Positions 47,233 through 56,592 of a stretch of DNA of 64,000 bases are shown here, piece after piece. Each line of letters opens with the position of its first letter. Within the stretch, counting starts at the first letter, position 1. The notes under the pieces are model-generated. The model searched no databases. It worked only from the letters and a program-made list of their open reading frames with translations, and had not been told where the DNA came from. The translations under genes were made by a program, and so were the position numbers. The DNA comes from Gammaproteobacteria bacterium (GTDB taxonomy: Bacteria > Pseudomonadota > Gammaproteobacteria > DATFLL01), in assembly GCA_035267785.1 (NCBI GenBank), contig DATFLL010000050.1:1289-65288 (forward strand), given 5' to 3'.

Positions 47233-49326
47233 ATGGGTTCGACGCATATGACACACCGCAGCATCAAATGGGCAGTCGCCCCGGTCCTGGGCCTGGCGGT
47301 ACTGTGCACGGCCGGGCTTGCGAGCGCAGGCAGTATCGGGTCGAGCCTGAAGGAGCGGCTCGAGCAGCTCGGTCCTGACGATGAGGTGGCGGTCATCATC
47401 CGTCTCAAGGACAAGGCGGATGTGCGCTCGTTCAAGGACCTGGATCGGCACGCACGGCGGGCGAAGATCATCAAGGCCCTACGCGACAAGGCGGCCCAGT
47501 CTTTGGAGCCGCTGCGGGTGGTACTCAATCAGGGCGAGGTGCGCAGGATGCGCGACCTGTGGCTGATCAACGGCGTTGCGGCGACGGTGCCGGCCCACCG
47601 TGTCGGTGCGCTGGCGAACAAGCCCTGGGTGGGCAACATCTCCCTGGACATGACCTTGGCCGCGCCGACGGTGACCTATGGCGTGACGTCGACGCCCGGC
47701 TGGAATCTCGCCGCGATGGCGGCGCCCGATCTGTGGCAACAGGGTTTCACGGGCCAGGGTGTGGTCGTGGCTACGTTGGACAGCGGCGTCGATACCTTCC
47801 ATCCCGATGTCGGCAGCCGCTGGCGCGGCGGTTCCAACAGCTGGTTCGATCCTTACGGCCAGCATGCGACACCGGTGGACATGAACGGTCACGGTACACA
47901 CGTGGCGGGCCTCATCCTCGGGGGCGATGCCAGCGGGCAGGTATTGGGGGTCGCGCCCGACGCGCAGTGGATTGCAGCAAAGATTTACGATGACGCCGGA
48001 AGCGCGACCTTCAGCGCGATTCATCTCGCGCTGCAGTGGGCGCTCGATCCGGACGGCAATCCGGACGTCGACGATGCGCCGGACGTGGTTAACAACTCCT
48101 GGGGCTTGCCGGATGCGGCGGGGACGTGTAACCCGGAATTCGCGGAGGACATAGCGGCACTGCGGGCCTCGGACATCGCTGTCGTGTTCGCGGCGGGCAA
48201 CTCCGGCCCCAATGCCTCCAGCGATCTCAGCCCGGGCAACAGCTCGCCGAACCTGGTGACCGGTGCCGTCGACGAGACCCTGACGATCGCGCCCTCCAGC
48301 AGCCGCGGACCCTCGTCCTGCGATGGCGGGCTCTATCCGCAGGTCGTGGCGCCGGGAGTGAACGTCCTCACGGCAGACCTGACGTTCAGCGGTCTGTTCC
48401 CGCAGTCGTACGTCGAGGTGTCCGGCACGTCGTTCGCTGCGGCACAGGCAAGCGGCACCCTGGCGCTGCTGATAAGCGCTGTTCCGACGGCGAGCGTGAA
48501 CGAGTTGGAAACAGCCGTGTTGGATACGGCCGTGGACAAGGGCGCGTTGGGTCCCGATTACGATTACGGCATGGGGCTCGTCAACGCCGCCGATGCGTAC
48601 AACACCCTGGCCGGTGGCACCACGGCGCAGCCGGGCAGCCTGCAGTTCGCCGTGGCCGGATACAGCGTCAGCGAAGACGGAGGCAGCGTGACGCTGACGG
48701 TGAGCCGACAGGGCGGCAGCAGCGGCGCGGTGTCGGTCGACTTTGCCACCTCGGACGGATCGGCCGCCTCCGGTCAGGACTACGTTGCGGCCGCCGGTAC
48801 GCTCAACTTTGCCGACGGCATTACCAGCCGGACGATTACGATTACCATTGTCGACGACACGGTTTACGAGGGAAACGAGACATTGTCGGTGGCGCTCGCC
48901 AATCCGACCGGCGGTGCAACCCTCGGCTCGCCCATTTCGACGCTGTTGACTATCGTCGACAACGATCCGCAGGTTGTCGATGTCGATCAGGACGGGTATG
49001 CCGCCGGTTCGGATTGCAATGACAACGATGCGTCCGTTTATCCCGGTGCGCCTGAGATCAAGCACGACGGTGTCGATCAGGATTGCAACGGCTACGATTT
49101 GACCATCGACATCAGCGCACTGCGCTACAACGCCAAGAAGGGCAAGCTGACCGTGGAGGCCACCAGCGCGCTCAATGGCTCGGCCAATCTCTCGGTTGAC
49201 GGATTCGGGGCGATGAGCTGGAACCGGCGCAAGGGTGTTTGGCAGTTGGATGTCTCGGGCGTCGGGACGCAGCCGACCCGGATCACGGTCAGCGGTGTCG
49301 AGGGATCCGAAACGGCACCATTCTGA
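47233..49326 (+). CDS. secreted subtilisin-like (S8) serine protease with I9 propeptide, Calx-beta and MopE-like Cys/Asp motif
   Basis: Catalytic triad in VVVATLDSGVD, HGTHVAGL, SGTSFAAAQASG. Calx-beta VSVDFATSDGSAASGQDYVAAAGTLNFADG...ITIVDDTVYEGNE. DQDGYAAGSDCNDNDASVYPGAPEIKHDGVDQDCNG. Confidence 0.85.
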   Translation: MGSTHMTHRSIKWAVAPVLGLAVLCTAGLASAGSIGSSLKERLEQLGPDDEVAVIIRLKDKADVRSFKDLDRHARRAKIIKALRDKAAQSLEPLRVVLNQGEVRRMRDLWLINGVAATVPAHRVGALANKPWVGNISLDMTLAAPTVTYGVTSTPGWNLAAMAAPDLWQQGFTGQGVVVATLDSGVDTFHPDVGSRWRGGSNSWFDPYGQHATPVDMNGHGTHVAGLILGGDASGQVLGVAPDAQWIAAKIYDDAGSATFSAIHLALQWALDPDGNPDVDDAPDVVNNSWGLPDAAGTCNPEFAEDIAALRASDIAVVFAAGNSGPNASSDLSPGNSSPNLVTGAVDETLTIAPSSSRGPSSCDGGLYPQVVAPGVNVLTADLTFSGLFPQSYVEVSGTSFAAAQASGTLALLISAVPTASVNELETAVLDTAVDKGALGPDYDYGMGLVNAADAYNTLAGGTTAQPGSLQFAVAGYSVSEDGGSVTLTVSRQGGSSGAVSVDFATSDGSAASGQDYVAAAGTLNFADGITSRTITITIVDDTVYEGNETLSVALANPTGGATLGSPISTLLTIVDNDPQVVDVDQDGYAAGSDCNDNDASVYPGAPEIKHDGVDQDCNGYDLTIDISALRYNAKKGKLTVEATSALNGSANLSVDGFGAMSWNRRKGVWQLDVSGVGTQPTRITVSGVEGSETAPF

Positions 49327-49343
49327 TTTGCCTTCCCGCTCGA

Positions 49344-49380
49344 CCCGCGCCGTGAGCACCGCGGCGCGGGGTTTTTCTTT
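49344..49380 (+). terminator. rho-independent terminator ending the 6-gene operon
   Basis: CCCGCGCCG-(9 nt loop)-CGGCGCGGG followed by GTTTTTCTTT. Starts 18 nt after the stop. Confidence 0.8.
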
Positions 49381-49535
49381 ACACATTCTTGATTTGTGGT
49401 GCCGACGACCGCAACAGGCTTGCCGGTGGCAGTTGCTTGCGGCACACTGGCGCTCCTTCTAGATATTGGCCCTATATAATAGGTATGGCGTGTCGAGCAT
49501 GTGCTCCCGAGCGCGTGCATTCAGGAGACTTTACG

Positions 49536-49739
49536 ATGGCCGATGATACGAACAAGGGTGGTCCGCGTTTCAAAGACAAAGAGATCTGGCTGGTCGGCGC
49601 CGGCGGTGCGCTGCTGGGCGCGGTCGTGGGCGCCTACCGGGGCAGCGGCGCGCTGGATATCCTGTCCGGGGCCGTCGGCGGGGCGATCCTGTTGACGGTC
49701 GTCTGGCACATAGGGCAGATGATGCAGGGACCTCGCTAG
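49536..49739 (+). CDS. small Gly-rich membrane protein (67 aa)
   Basis: AGGAGA precedes the ATG at 49536. Two Gly-zipper-like helices (LVGAGGALLGAVVGAY, LSGAVGGAILLTVVW). Confidence 0.4.
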   Translation: MADDTNKGGPRFKDKEIWLVGAGGALLGAVVGAYRGSGALDILSGAVGGAILLTVVWHIGQMMQGPR

Positions 49740-49804
49740 CGAAACGTTTGAATCTGCTGTGGAGGGCATTGACGGCATCGCGCTGACTCCCGCTTTAATG
49801 CAAC

Positions 49805-52800
49805 TCAGCAAAAATCCCGCGACTGCGTGGGCAGTGCCCCGAGCAAGTCACTATGGTCCTCCAGGCGCCGGGCGATCACGTGAATGACCTCGCCCTCGCG
49901 CTGTACCTGCCCATCGATGATCAATAATCTTCCGTTCAACACCTCCCGGCGATAACGTTCACTCAGTTTCGGCCAGACGATCACATTGGCGCTGCCGGTC
50001 TCGTCCTCCACGGTCAGGAAGATCACTCCCTTGGCACTGGAGGGATGCTGGCGCGTGACCACCAGGCCCGCAATGCGGATCGACGTGTCGTGAGCGCGTT
50101 CGCGCAAGGTAGCACTCGAGGCGCAGCGCCGGCGCACCAACTCGGCGCGCAGCAGCGCCAGCGGGTGGCGGCCCAGGGTTAAACCCAGACTGCTGTAGTC
50201 GGCGACGAGGTCCTCGCCCTCGGTCGGCGCGCGCAGTAGGGCGGTATCGTCGCTGTCCACGGTGTCGCCGAACAGGGGCAGCGTGGTCTCGGTGCCGAGC
50301 GCCTGCCAATGCGCATGATGACGGTGGCCGGCCAGTGAGGCCAATGCGCCGGCGCCCGCCAGGGCGTTGATGTCCGCGCGGCCGAGCCGCGCCCGCCGGG
50401 TCAGGTCGGTCACGCTGTGGAAGGCCTGCACCGCCCGCGCCTCGACCAGGCGTTCGACGCCGGCCTTACTGACGCCCTTCACCTGGCGCAGCCCCAGTCG
50501 CAGAGCGAGGTCTTTGTCGTCAGTGGGCTCCAGGGTGTAATCCCAACCGCTGTGCGCGACGTCCACGGGCCGTACCTCCACACCGTGGCCGCGCGCGTCC
50601 TGCACGAGCTGCGAGGGCGCATAAAAACCCATCGGCTGGCTGTTGAGCAGGGCGCAGGCGAAGGCAGCCGGCTCGTAGCGCTTGAGCCAGGCCGAGACAT
50701 AGACCAGCAGCGCGAAGCTGGCGGCGTGCGATTCGGGGAAGCCGTATTCGCCGAAGCCCTGGATCTGGTTGTAGATCTGCTGGGCGAAGTCCTCGCTGTA
50801 ACCGCGCTCGCGCATGCCGTCGACGAGCTTCTGGCGAAAGCGCTCCAGCTTGTCGCGCCGGCGCCAGGAGCCGATCGCCCGGCGCAGCGCGTCGGCCTCG
50901 CCGGGCGAGAAGCCGGCGGCGACCACCGCCAGCTTGATTACCTGTTCCTGGAAGATTGGCACGCCCAGGGTGCGTTCCAGCACCCGGCGCACGGCCTCGC
51001 TGGGATAGCTCACCGGCTCCAGGCCGTCGCGCCGGCGCAGATAGGGATGCACCATCTCGCCCTGAATGGGACCGGGGCGCACGATGGCCACCTCGATGAC
51101 CAGGTCGTAGAAGGTGCGCGGCCTGAGTCGCGGCAGCATGGCCATCTGCGCGCGCGATTCGATCTGGAACACACCCACGGTATCGGCGTGCGAGAGCATG
51201 GCATAGACCGCCGCGTCTTCCGGCGGGATGTTGGCCAGGCTCAGACGCCGTCCGCGGTGGCGTGCGATCAGATCGAAGGCGCGGCGAATGGCACTGAGCA
51301 TGCCCAGTCCCAGTACGTCCACCTTGAGCAGGCCCATGGTGTCCAGGTCGTCCTTGTCCCATTCGATCACCGAGCGTTCGGCCATGGCCGCGTTTTCGAT
51401 CGGCACCAGGCGCGAGACCGCCCTGCGCGCGATGACGAAGCCCCCGACGTGCTGCGACAAATGGCGCGGAAAGCCGAGGATCGTGAGCACCAGTTCGATC
51501 AGGCGCTGGACGAGGGGACTGGCGGGATCGAGCCCGGCCTCGCGCACGCGCTCGGCGAGCTGCTCGCGCCCGTCCCACCAGGCGTAGCTGTCGGCCAGGC
51601 GCTCGACCTGCTCGGCGTCGAATCCCAGCGCCTTGCCCACGTCGCGCAGCGCGCTCTTGGGCCGATAGGTAATGACGGTGGCGGTCAGTGCGGCGCGCTC
51701 GCGCCCGTAGCGCGAGTAAATGTACTGGATGACCTCCTCGCGGCGCTCGTGCTCGAAGTCGACGTCGATGTCCGGCGGCTCGTTGCGCTCCTTGGAAACG
51801 AAGCGCTCGAACAACATCTCCATGCGGCTCGGATCGACGGCCGTGATCCCCAGGCAGTAGCACACCACGGAGTTCGCCGCCGAACCGCGGCCTTGACACA
51901 AAATGCCGCGCGAGCGCGCGAAGCGTACGATGTCGTACACGGTCAGAAAATAGGGTTCGTAGCCGAGCTCGGCGATGACGGCGAGCTCGTGTTCGACCAG
52001 TGCGCGCACATTCTCCGGGGCGCCTGCCGGCCAGCGTTCGGCCAGGCCCGCCTCGGTCAGGCGCCGCAGATAGGCCGTGGCCGTCTCGCCCGGCGGGACA
52101 TCATCAGTTGGGTATTCGTAGCGCAGCTCATCGAGCGAGAAGGTGCAGCGTTCGGCAATGCGCACGGTCTCTGTGAGCAGGGCGGCGGGATATACGTGCG
52201 CCAGCCGTTTGCGCGTGCGCAGGTGCCGCTCACCGTTGGGACACAGTGCCTTGCCCAGCGAGTGTACCGGCGTGCCGAGCCGGATCGCCGTGAGCACGTC
52301 CTGCAGCGTGCGGCGCCCGCGCGTGTGCATGTGCACACCGCCCGCGGCAGCCAGGGGTAAACCGGTGCGCCCGGACAATGTCTCCAGGCGCTCCAGCCAG
52401 GCGGCATCGTCCGGCCCGCGCAGCAGCTCCGCCGCGATCCATGACCGTTCGGCAAAACGCGCGCCGAGCCAGGCCGCTTGTTCGGCCATCGTCTCGTCGT
52501 CATCGGCGGGCGAGGGCAGCAGCAGGGCCAGACAACCCGGGAGCCCGCTATCCAGATCGTTCCGCCGCAGCTCGTATTGTCCCTTGGGCGCCCGGCGCCG
52601 CGCCCGGGTGATGAGCTCGGAGAGGTTGGCGTAGCCGTCGCGGTCCATCGCCAGCGGCACCACGGCCGGCCCGTCGGCCAGGCGCAGCTCGCTGCCGACA
52701 ATCAGGTGCAGGCCGTGCTCCTTCGCCGCCTGATGCGCCCGCACCACCCCGGCCAGCGAGCACTCGTCGGTGACGGCCAGGGCCCGGTAGCCCAGCTTCG

Positions 52801-52894
52801 CGGCCCGCGTCACCAGCTCCTCCGGGTGCGAGGCCCCGCGCAGGAAGGTGAAGTTCGAGATGCAGTGCAGCTCGGCGTAGTCGGGGAGGGTCAT
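49805..52894 (-). CDS. dnaE2: error-prone DNA polymerase DnaE2 (ImuC)
   Basis: N-terminus YAELHCISNFTFLRGASHPEELV (PHP domain). Pol III alpha core of about 1029 aa, the typical DnaE2 size, without tau/beta-clamp extensions. Confidence 0.95.
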   Translation of the reverse strand: MTLPDYAELHCISNFTFLRGASHPEELVTRAAKLGYRALAVTDECSLAGVVRAHQAAKEHGLHLIVGSELRLADGPAVVPLAMDRDGYANLSELITRARRRAPKGQYELRRNDLDSGLPGCLALLLPSPADDDETMAEQAAWLGARFAERSWIAAELLRGPDDAAWLERLETLSGRTGLPLAAAGGVHMHTRGRRTLQDVLTAIRLGTPVHSLGKALCPNGERHLRTRKRLAHVYPAALLTETVRIAERCTFSLDELRYEYPTDDVPPGETATAYLRRLTEAGLAERWPAGAPENVRALVEHELAVIAELGYEPYFLTVYDIVRFARSRGILCQGRGSAANSVVCYCLGITAVDPSRMEMLFERFVSKERNEPPDIDVDFEHERREEVIQYIYSRYGRERAALTATVITYRPKSALRDVGKALGFDAEQVERLADSYAWWDGREQLAERVREAGLDPASPLVQRLIELVLTILGFPRHLSQHVGGFVIARRAVSRLVPIENAAMAERSVIEWDKDDLDTMGLLKVDVLGLGMLSAIRRAFDLIARHRGRRLSLANIPPEDAAVYAMLSHADTVGVFQIESRAQMAMLPRLRPRTFYDLVIEVAIVRPGPIQGEMVHPYLRRRDGLEPVSYPSEAVRRVLERTLGVPIFQEQVIKLAVVAAGFSPGEADALRRAIGSWRRRDKLERFRQKLVDGMRERGYSEDFAQQIYNQIQGFGEYGFPESHAASFALLVYVSAWLKRYEPAAFACALLNSQPMGFYAPSQLVQDARGHGVEVRPVDVAHSGWDYTLEPTDDKDLALRLGLRQVKGVSKAGVERLVEARAVQAFHSVTDLTRRARLGRADINALAGAGALASLAGHRHHAHWQALGTETTLPLFGDTVDSDDTALLRAPTEGEDLVADYSSLGLTLGRHPLALLRAELVRRRCASSATLRERAHDTSIRIAGLVVTRQHPSSAKGVIFLTVEDETGSANVIVWPKLSERYRREVLNGRLLIIDGQVQREGEVIHVIARRLEDHSDLLGALPTQSRDFC

Positions 52895-52925
52895 GGCGCG
52901 ATACCGGTACGAAAAAACGCGATAA

Positions 52926-52941
52926 CTGTATATTTATACAG
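52926..52941. promoter_or_regulatory. LexA (SOS) box CTGT-N8-ACAG upstream of dnaE2
   Basis: CTGTATATTTATACAG read directly. It lies 32 nt upstream of the dnaE2 start codon and matches the gamma/beta-proteobacterial consensus CTGT-N8-ACAG with an AT-only spacer. Confidence 0.75.
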
Positions 52942-53330
52942 TATCTGGCGGCGATGCGCCATTGGCCGCATTCGACAGTCTCGATCCCGGTGCAACCGGT
53001 TGATTGTAGGGAAAGTCTCAATACTGCCGCTTGTGTCGGCATTTGACCGGGTCGAAATCCGACATATAGTTATCGAAAGGCTTCGACCAACCGCGTTTTG
53101 CCAACCGAGCGGGGAAGACCGCTGTATTGCAGGCCGCGGCTGCGGCCGGTTCGCCGTGGCCGACCCGTCCTTCGCCGTGTGCACGCCGCCCGCAGGCTCC
53201 CTCGGGAGCGTATTCCTGATGTGGTGTGCAATTCGACGCGCGTCGGCCGTTCGAAGGCGTTCCCGCCGAGCCGGTTTCTCCCAGGTTGCCGGATCCGCGG
53301 ACGGTCGAGCGCACCATGGAGGGAAAAACC

Positions 53331-54161
53331 ATGTCCAACGAGCAGACGATGGCGGACCACTGGGCGCGGGGCGACATCTACGCGCGTATCCTGGCCGCCC
53401 TGAAAAAGGCCGGAAAATCCCTCGATACGTTGACGGTCGAGGACCTGGCGCCGGTCGACCACTTCCACGCCCGGGGCCTGCCCGCGACCGAGGACCTGGG
53501 CGATGTCCTGCCGATCGAGTCCCATCATCACATACTGGATATTGGCTGCGGCCTGGGCGGGCCGGCGCGTTATTTCGCGCAGCGCTTTCAGTGCCGGGTC
53601 AGCGGCGTGGATATCACCGACCCGTTCGTCGACACCGCCAAGCGCCTCAACAAGCTGCTCGGGATGAGCGACACGGTGACCGTCGAGCACGGCAACGGTC
53701 AGCGACTGCCTTTCGACGACGCCCTCTTTGATGGGGCGTACAGCCAACATGTCACCATGAACGTGGCCGATCGACTCCAATTCTTCGCCGAGGCCTATCG
53801 GGTTTTGAAGCCCGGCGGATTCTTCGCGCTCACGGAGCACGGCCTGGGAGCAGCGGGCGAGCCCTGCTATCCCCTGCCGTGGTCCGAGGACGGCAGCGGC
53901 TCGTATCTCATGTCCCCTGAGCAGACCTGCGCGCTCCTGGAGGCGGCCGGGTTTACCGAGATCGCGCTCGAGGACACCGGACCCAAGTATCTGGCAGCCT
54001 ATCGCAAGGTCATCGAGTTGATCGAACAACGGGCCGTTCCGCCATTGGGCATCCACGTCCTGATGGGAGACAACGCCGCGGAGAAGACGCGCAACTCGGC
54101 CCGTAACATCGAGGAAGGCCGTACGCATCCCGTGCAGGTGATATGTCGCAAAGTCGCATGA
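53331..54161 (+). CDS. class I SAM-dependent methyltransferase
   Basis: Motif I ILDIGCGLGGPARYF, post-I VSGVDI, and LKPGGFFAL. GGAGGG lies upstream of the ATG at 53331. Confidence 0.8.
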   Translation: MSNEQTMADHWARGDIYARILAALKKAGKSLDTLTVEDLAPVDHFHARGLPATEDLGDVLPIESHHHILDIGCGLGGPARYFAQRFQCRVSGVDITDPFVDTAKRLNKLLGMSDTVTVEHGNGQRLPFDDALFDGAYSQHVTMNVADRLQFFAEAYRVLKPGGFFALTEHGLGAAGEPCYPLPWSEDGSGSYLMSPEQTCALLEAAGFTEIALEDTGPKYLAAYRKVIELIEQRAVPPLGIHVLMGDNAAEKTRNSARNIEEGRTHPVQVICRKVA

Positions 54162-54545
54162 GCCGTCACCGCCCGTGTTGCACCCTCGTAACTATCGCCA
54201 CTGCACCCAGGAGGTCGAGTGATAGCCGGAAATTGGTGCCGCGATGTGATACCGCGCAGCACTTTGCCGCCGTTCTGCCCCGACGGAACCAAAAACGGCT
54301 GAATGGCCGGAATAATTCCAGTGAGTGACGAGGGCTGTCCCCTGGTTCTACCGCAATCCTACGGTCTCATATGATCATGTGGCAATTCGCAGTATATTTA
54401 TGGAAGAACGACAACAGCGACGTCCTATCTGGCTGATTTAAGGGGGCGCGCAAGGGAGCACTGGCAATCGGGAATTATCATTACTTGAGACGTTCAATTA
54501 TCGTTATGCGCCGCAGTATCGCGGCCATTTGAGCAACGACCATAG

Positions 54546-55616
54546 ATGATGAATCAGCGTTGTGAATTGAGTGAGCTCGGCTGGGGCGACTGGTTTGCAC
54601 AGCGCGCAGACTGCAAACAGCCGGATACCGTCGCCCGCGTAGCGGCAGTCGACCGCGACCAATTGTTGCTCGTGGATCAGGACGGAAGTTTTCGCGCAAA
54701 GTTGGCTGGCCGTTATTTGCATTATCACCACCTGAACGAGGAGCTGCCGTGCGTAGGCGACTGGGTTTGTGTGGAAAAGCAGCCTGGCGACGACTTTGGG
54801 GTCATCCACGCGCGACTGGGGCGCAGGACTTCTCTTCGCAGGAAGTCCGCTGGGAACGCGACGGAATACCAGATGATTGCAGCGAACGTGGACTACGTGT
54901 TCATCGTGCAGTCTTGCCACTTCGATTTCAACGCGAAGCGTTTGGAACGTTATCTCGTAATGGTGATGGAAAGTGGTGCCGAGCCATACATTCTGCTGAC
55001 CAAGACTGACTTGGTGACTCCCGAAGTGCTGGCCTCGCAGTTGGCGGCGATCCAGTCTCTCGGTATCGCCGCGCCGATAGTGCCTCTGAGTAACGTGACA
55101 CGAGACGGCCTGGAGGACGTTAAACGGCTGCTGCTACCTGGAAAGACCTATTGCTTCGTCGGATCGTCAGGAGTTGGGAAAAGCAGCCTGATCAATCAGT
55201 TAGCCGGCCGTGAAAGGATGCAAACGAGTTCTGTCAGCGGGACAGGAGAAGGGCGGCACACGACTGTTCGTCGTGAGCTGATACGTCTCGATGGTGGCGC
55301 GTTGGTTATCGACAACCCCGGGATGCGCGAATTCGGAATCCTCGGCGCGGAAAGCGGCATAGAAGCCAGCTACGCGGACATCATCGCCCTTGCGTCCCGC
55401 TGCCGCTTTCACGACTGCAGCCATACTGACGAGCCCGGCTGTGCCGTGATCGCGGCCGTACAGGCCGGGGAGATCAGCCAGGCGGCCCTCGACAGTTTTC
55501 TCAAACTCAAAGAAGAATCGGCATTCAACGACCTGTCGTATGCCGAAAAAAGAAAAAAGGATCGGGGCTTTGGTCGATATATCAAATCTGCAAAGAAAGA
55601 CTTACGGGACAGGTAG
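54546..55616 (+). CDS. rsgA: ribosome small-subunit-dependent GTPase A (RsgA/YjeQ family)
   Basis: Circularly permuted GTPase: LTKTDL (G4) before GSSGVGKSSL (G1) and DNPGMREF (G3). Zn finger CRFHDCSHTDEPGCAV. N-terminal OB domain. Confidence 0.85.
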   Translation: MMNQRCELSELGWGDWFAQRADCKQPDTVARVAAVDRDQLLLVDQDGSFRAKLAGRYLHYHHLNEELPCVGDWVCVEKQPGDDFGVIHARLGRRTSLRRKSAGNATEYQMIAANVDYVFIVQSCHFDFNAKRLERYLVMVMESGAEPYILLTKTDLVTPEVLASQLAAIQSLGIAAPIVPLSNVTRDGLEDVKRLLLPGKTYCFVGSSGVGKSSLINQLAGRERMQTSSVSGTGEGRHTTVRRELIRLDGGALVIDNPGMREFGILGAESGIEASYADIIALASRCRFHDCSHTDEPGCAVIAAVQAGEISQAALDSFLKLKEESAFNDLSYAEKRKKDRGFGRYIKSAKKDLRDR

Positions 55617-55702
55617 CGTATTCACGGCGTATAACCCGGCGGTCGAACGGGCCTGCGCGAAAAGCACCCTAAGCCGCTCACTTCTGTATCGGGGATCGCA
55701 AA

Positions 55703-56056
55703 ATGATTGAGCTTGTCATCTCCTGTTTTTTCAGTGCGGGAATTGGTTTTGCGGTGAATCGGTTCGTGCTAAAGAAACGTATCCGTGGACAAAGGTTACT
55801 TGCTGTCACGTTGGCGACATCGAGGGCGGCATTTTATGCGCCTTCCTTAATTCATATTGGTCACGGCGCCTATATTCCTGGTCCATTTCTAATCACCGTT
55901 TATTATTCATTTCGCGAGTCTGGTCCTGAGCTAGATCTTTTTGTTTTTCTTATACCGTCCATTGTGTTGGTTGTGTCATTGGTCATGTCGTGGCTAACAG
56001 CGCGCCATGTCCAGCCGCACGTTCCAGGGCGCGCGCCGAAAACGGCGCGCCCCTGA
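55703..56056 (+). CDS. hypothetical membrane protein
   Basis: Three hydrophobic segments in an AT-richer segment. No family recognised. Confidence 0.4.
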   Translation: MIELVISCFFSAGIGFAVNRFVLKKRIRGQRLLAVTLATSRAAFYAPSLIHIGHGAYIPGPFLITVYYSFRESGPELDLFVFLIPSIVLVVSLVMSWLTARHVQPHVPGRAPKTARP

Positions 56057-56592
56057 AAGCTAACGGTATGCGCAATAAGAAATGAGTAAAGCAATTGGCA
56101 AAGAATTGGAAATTTTATGGCCGGATTTCGATGAAGATGAGGGTGACGACAAATTATCGGCTTTTGAAAGACTTAAAGTGGCGGCGTCAAAAAGGAGATA
56201 ATCCGCAGCTTCCAGATGCGCTTACATCAAATAGGAACGACTTCTGGATTAGGGGGTTACTTTCGGAGCCTGTCTCTGATTTGGCCGGTTCTAAATGCTT
56301 ACCAGAGCTGTTTGATGCATTACAAAAGAACTATGATGAAGGTCATGACAATGATCGGCTCAACCATTTGTGTTAAGGAAATGGCCGGGGCTGAGCCGGA
56401 GGCATGTAGAAAAGCATAAGAAGACCTGCTGGCGCCCGACAATTTTAGGCATAGAGAAGCCACAGAGGGGCTGCTCGAATTTTGTGAATAATTCGCGCAT
56501 AACATGCGCTCGTGGGGGCGCTTCTTACGTCGCGCCCCACGCTTCAAACGTCAGGTGCCGCCAGACGATGCCGGTACCGAGAGGAGGACGGG

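Noticed and set aside
56082-56376. Competing small ORFs in the AT-rich patch: a 39-aa acidic ORF from 56082 versus the 93-aa TTG-start ORF 56095..56376.
   Set aside because: Neither has an RBS, motif or codon bias good enough to call, so the region was left unannotated.
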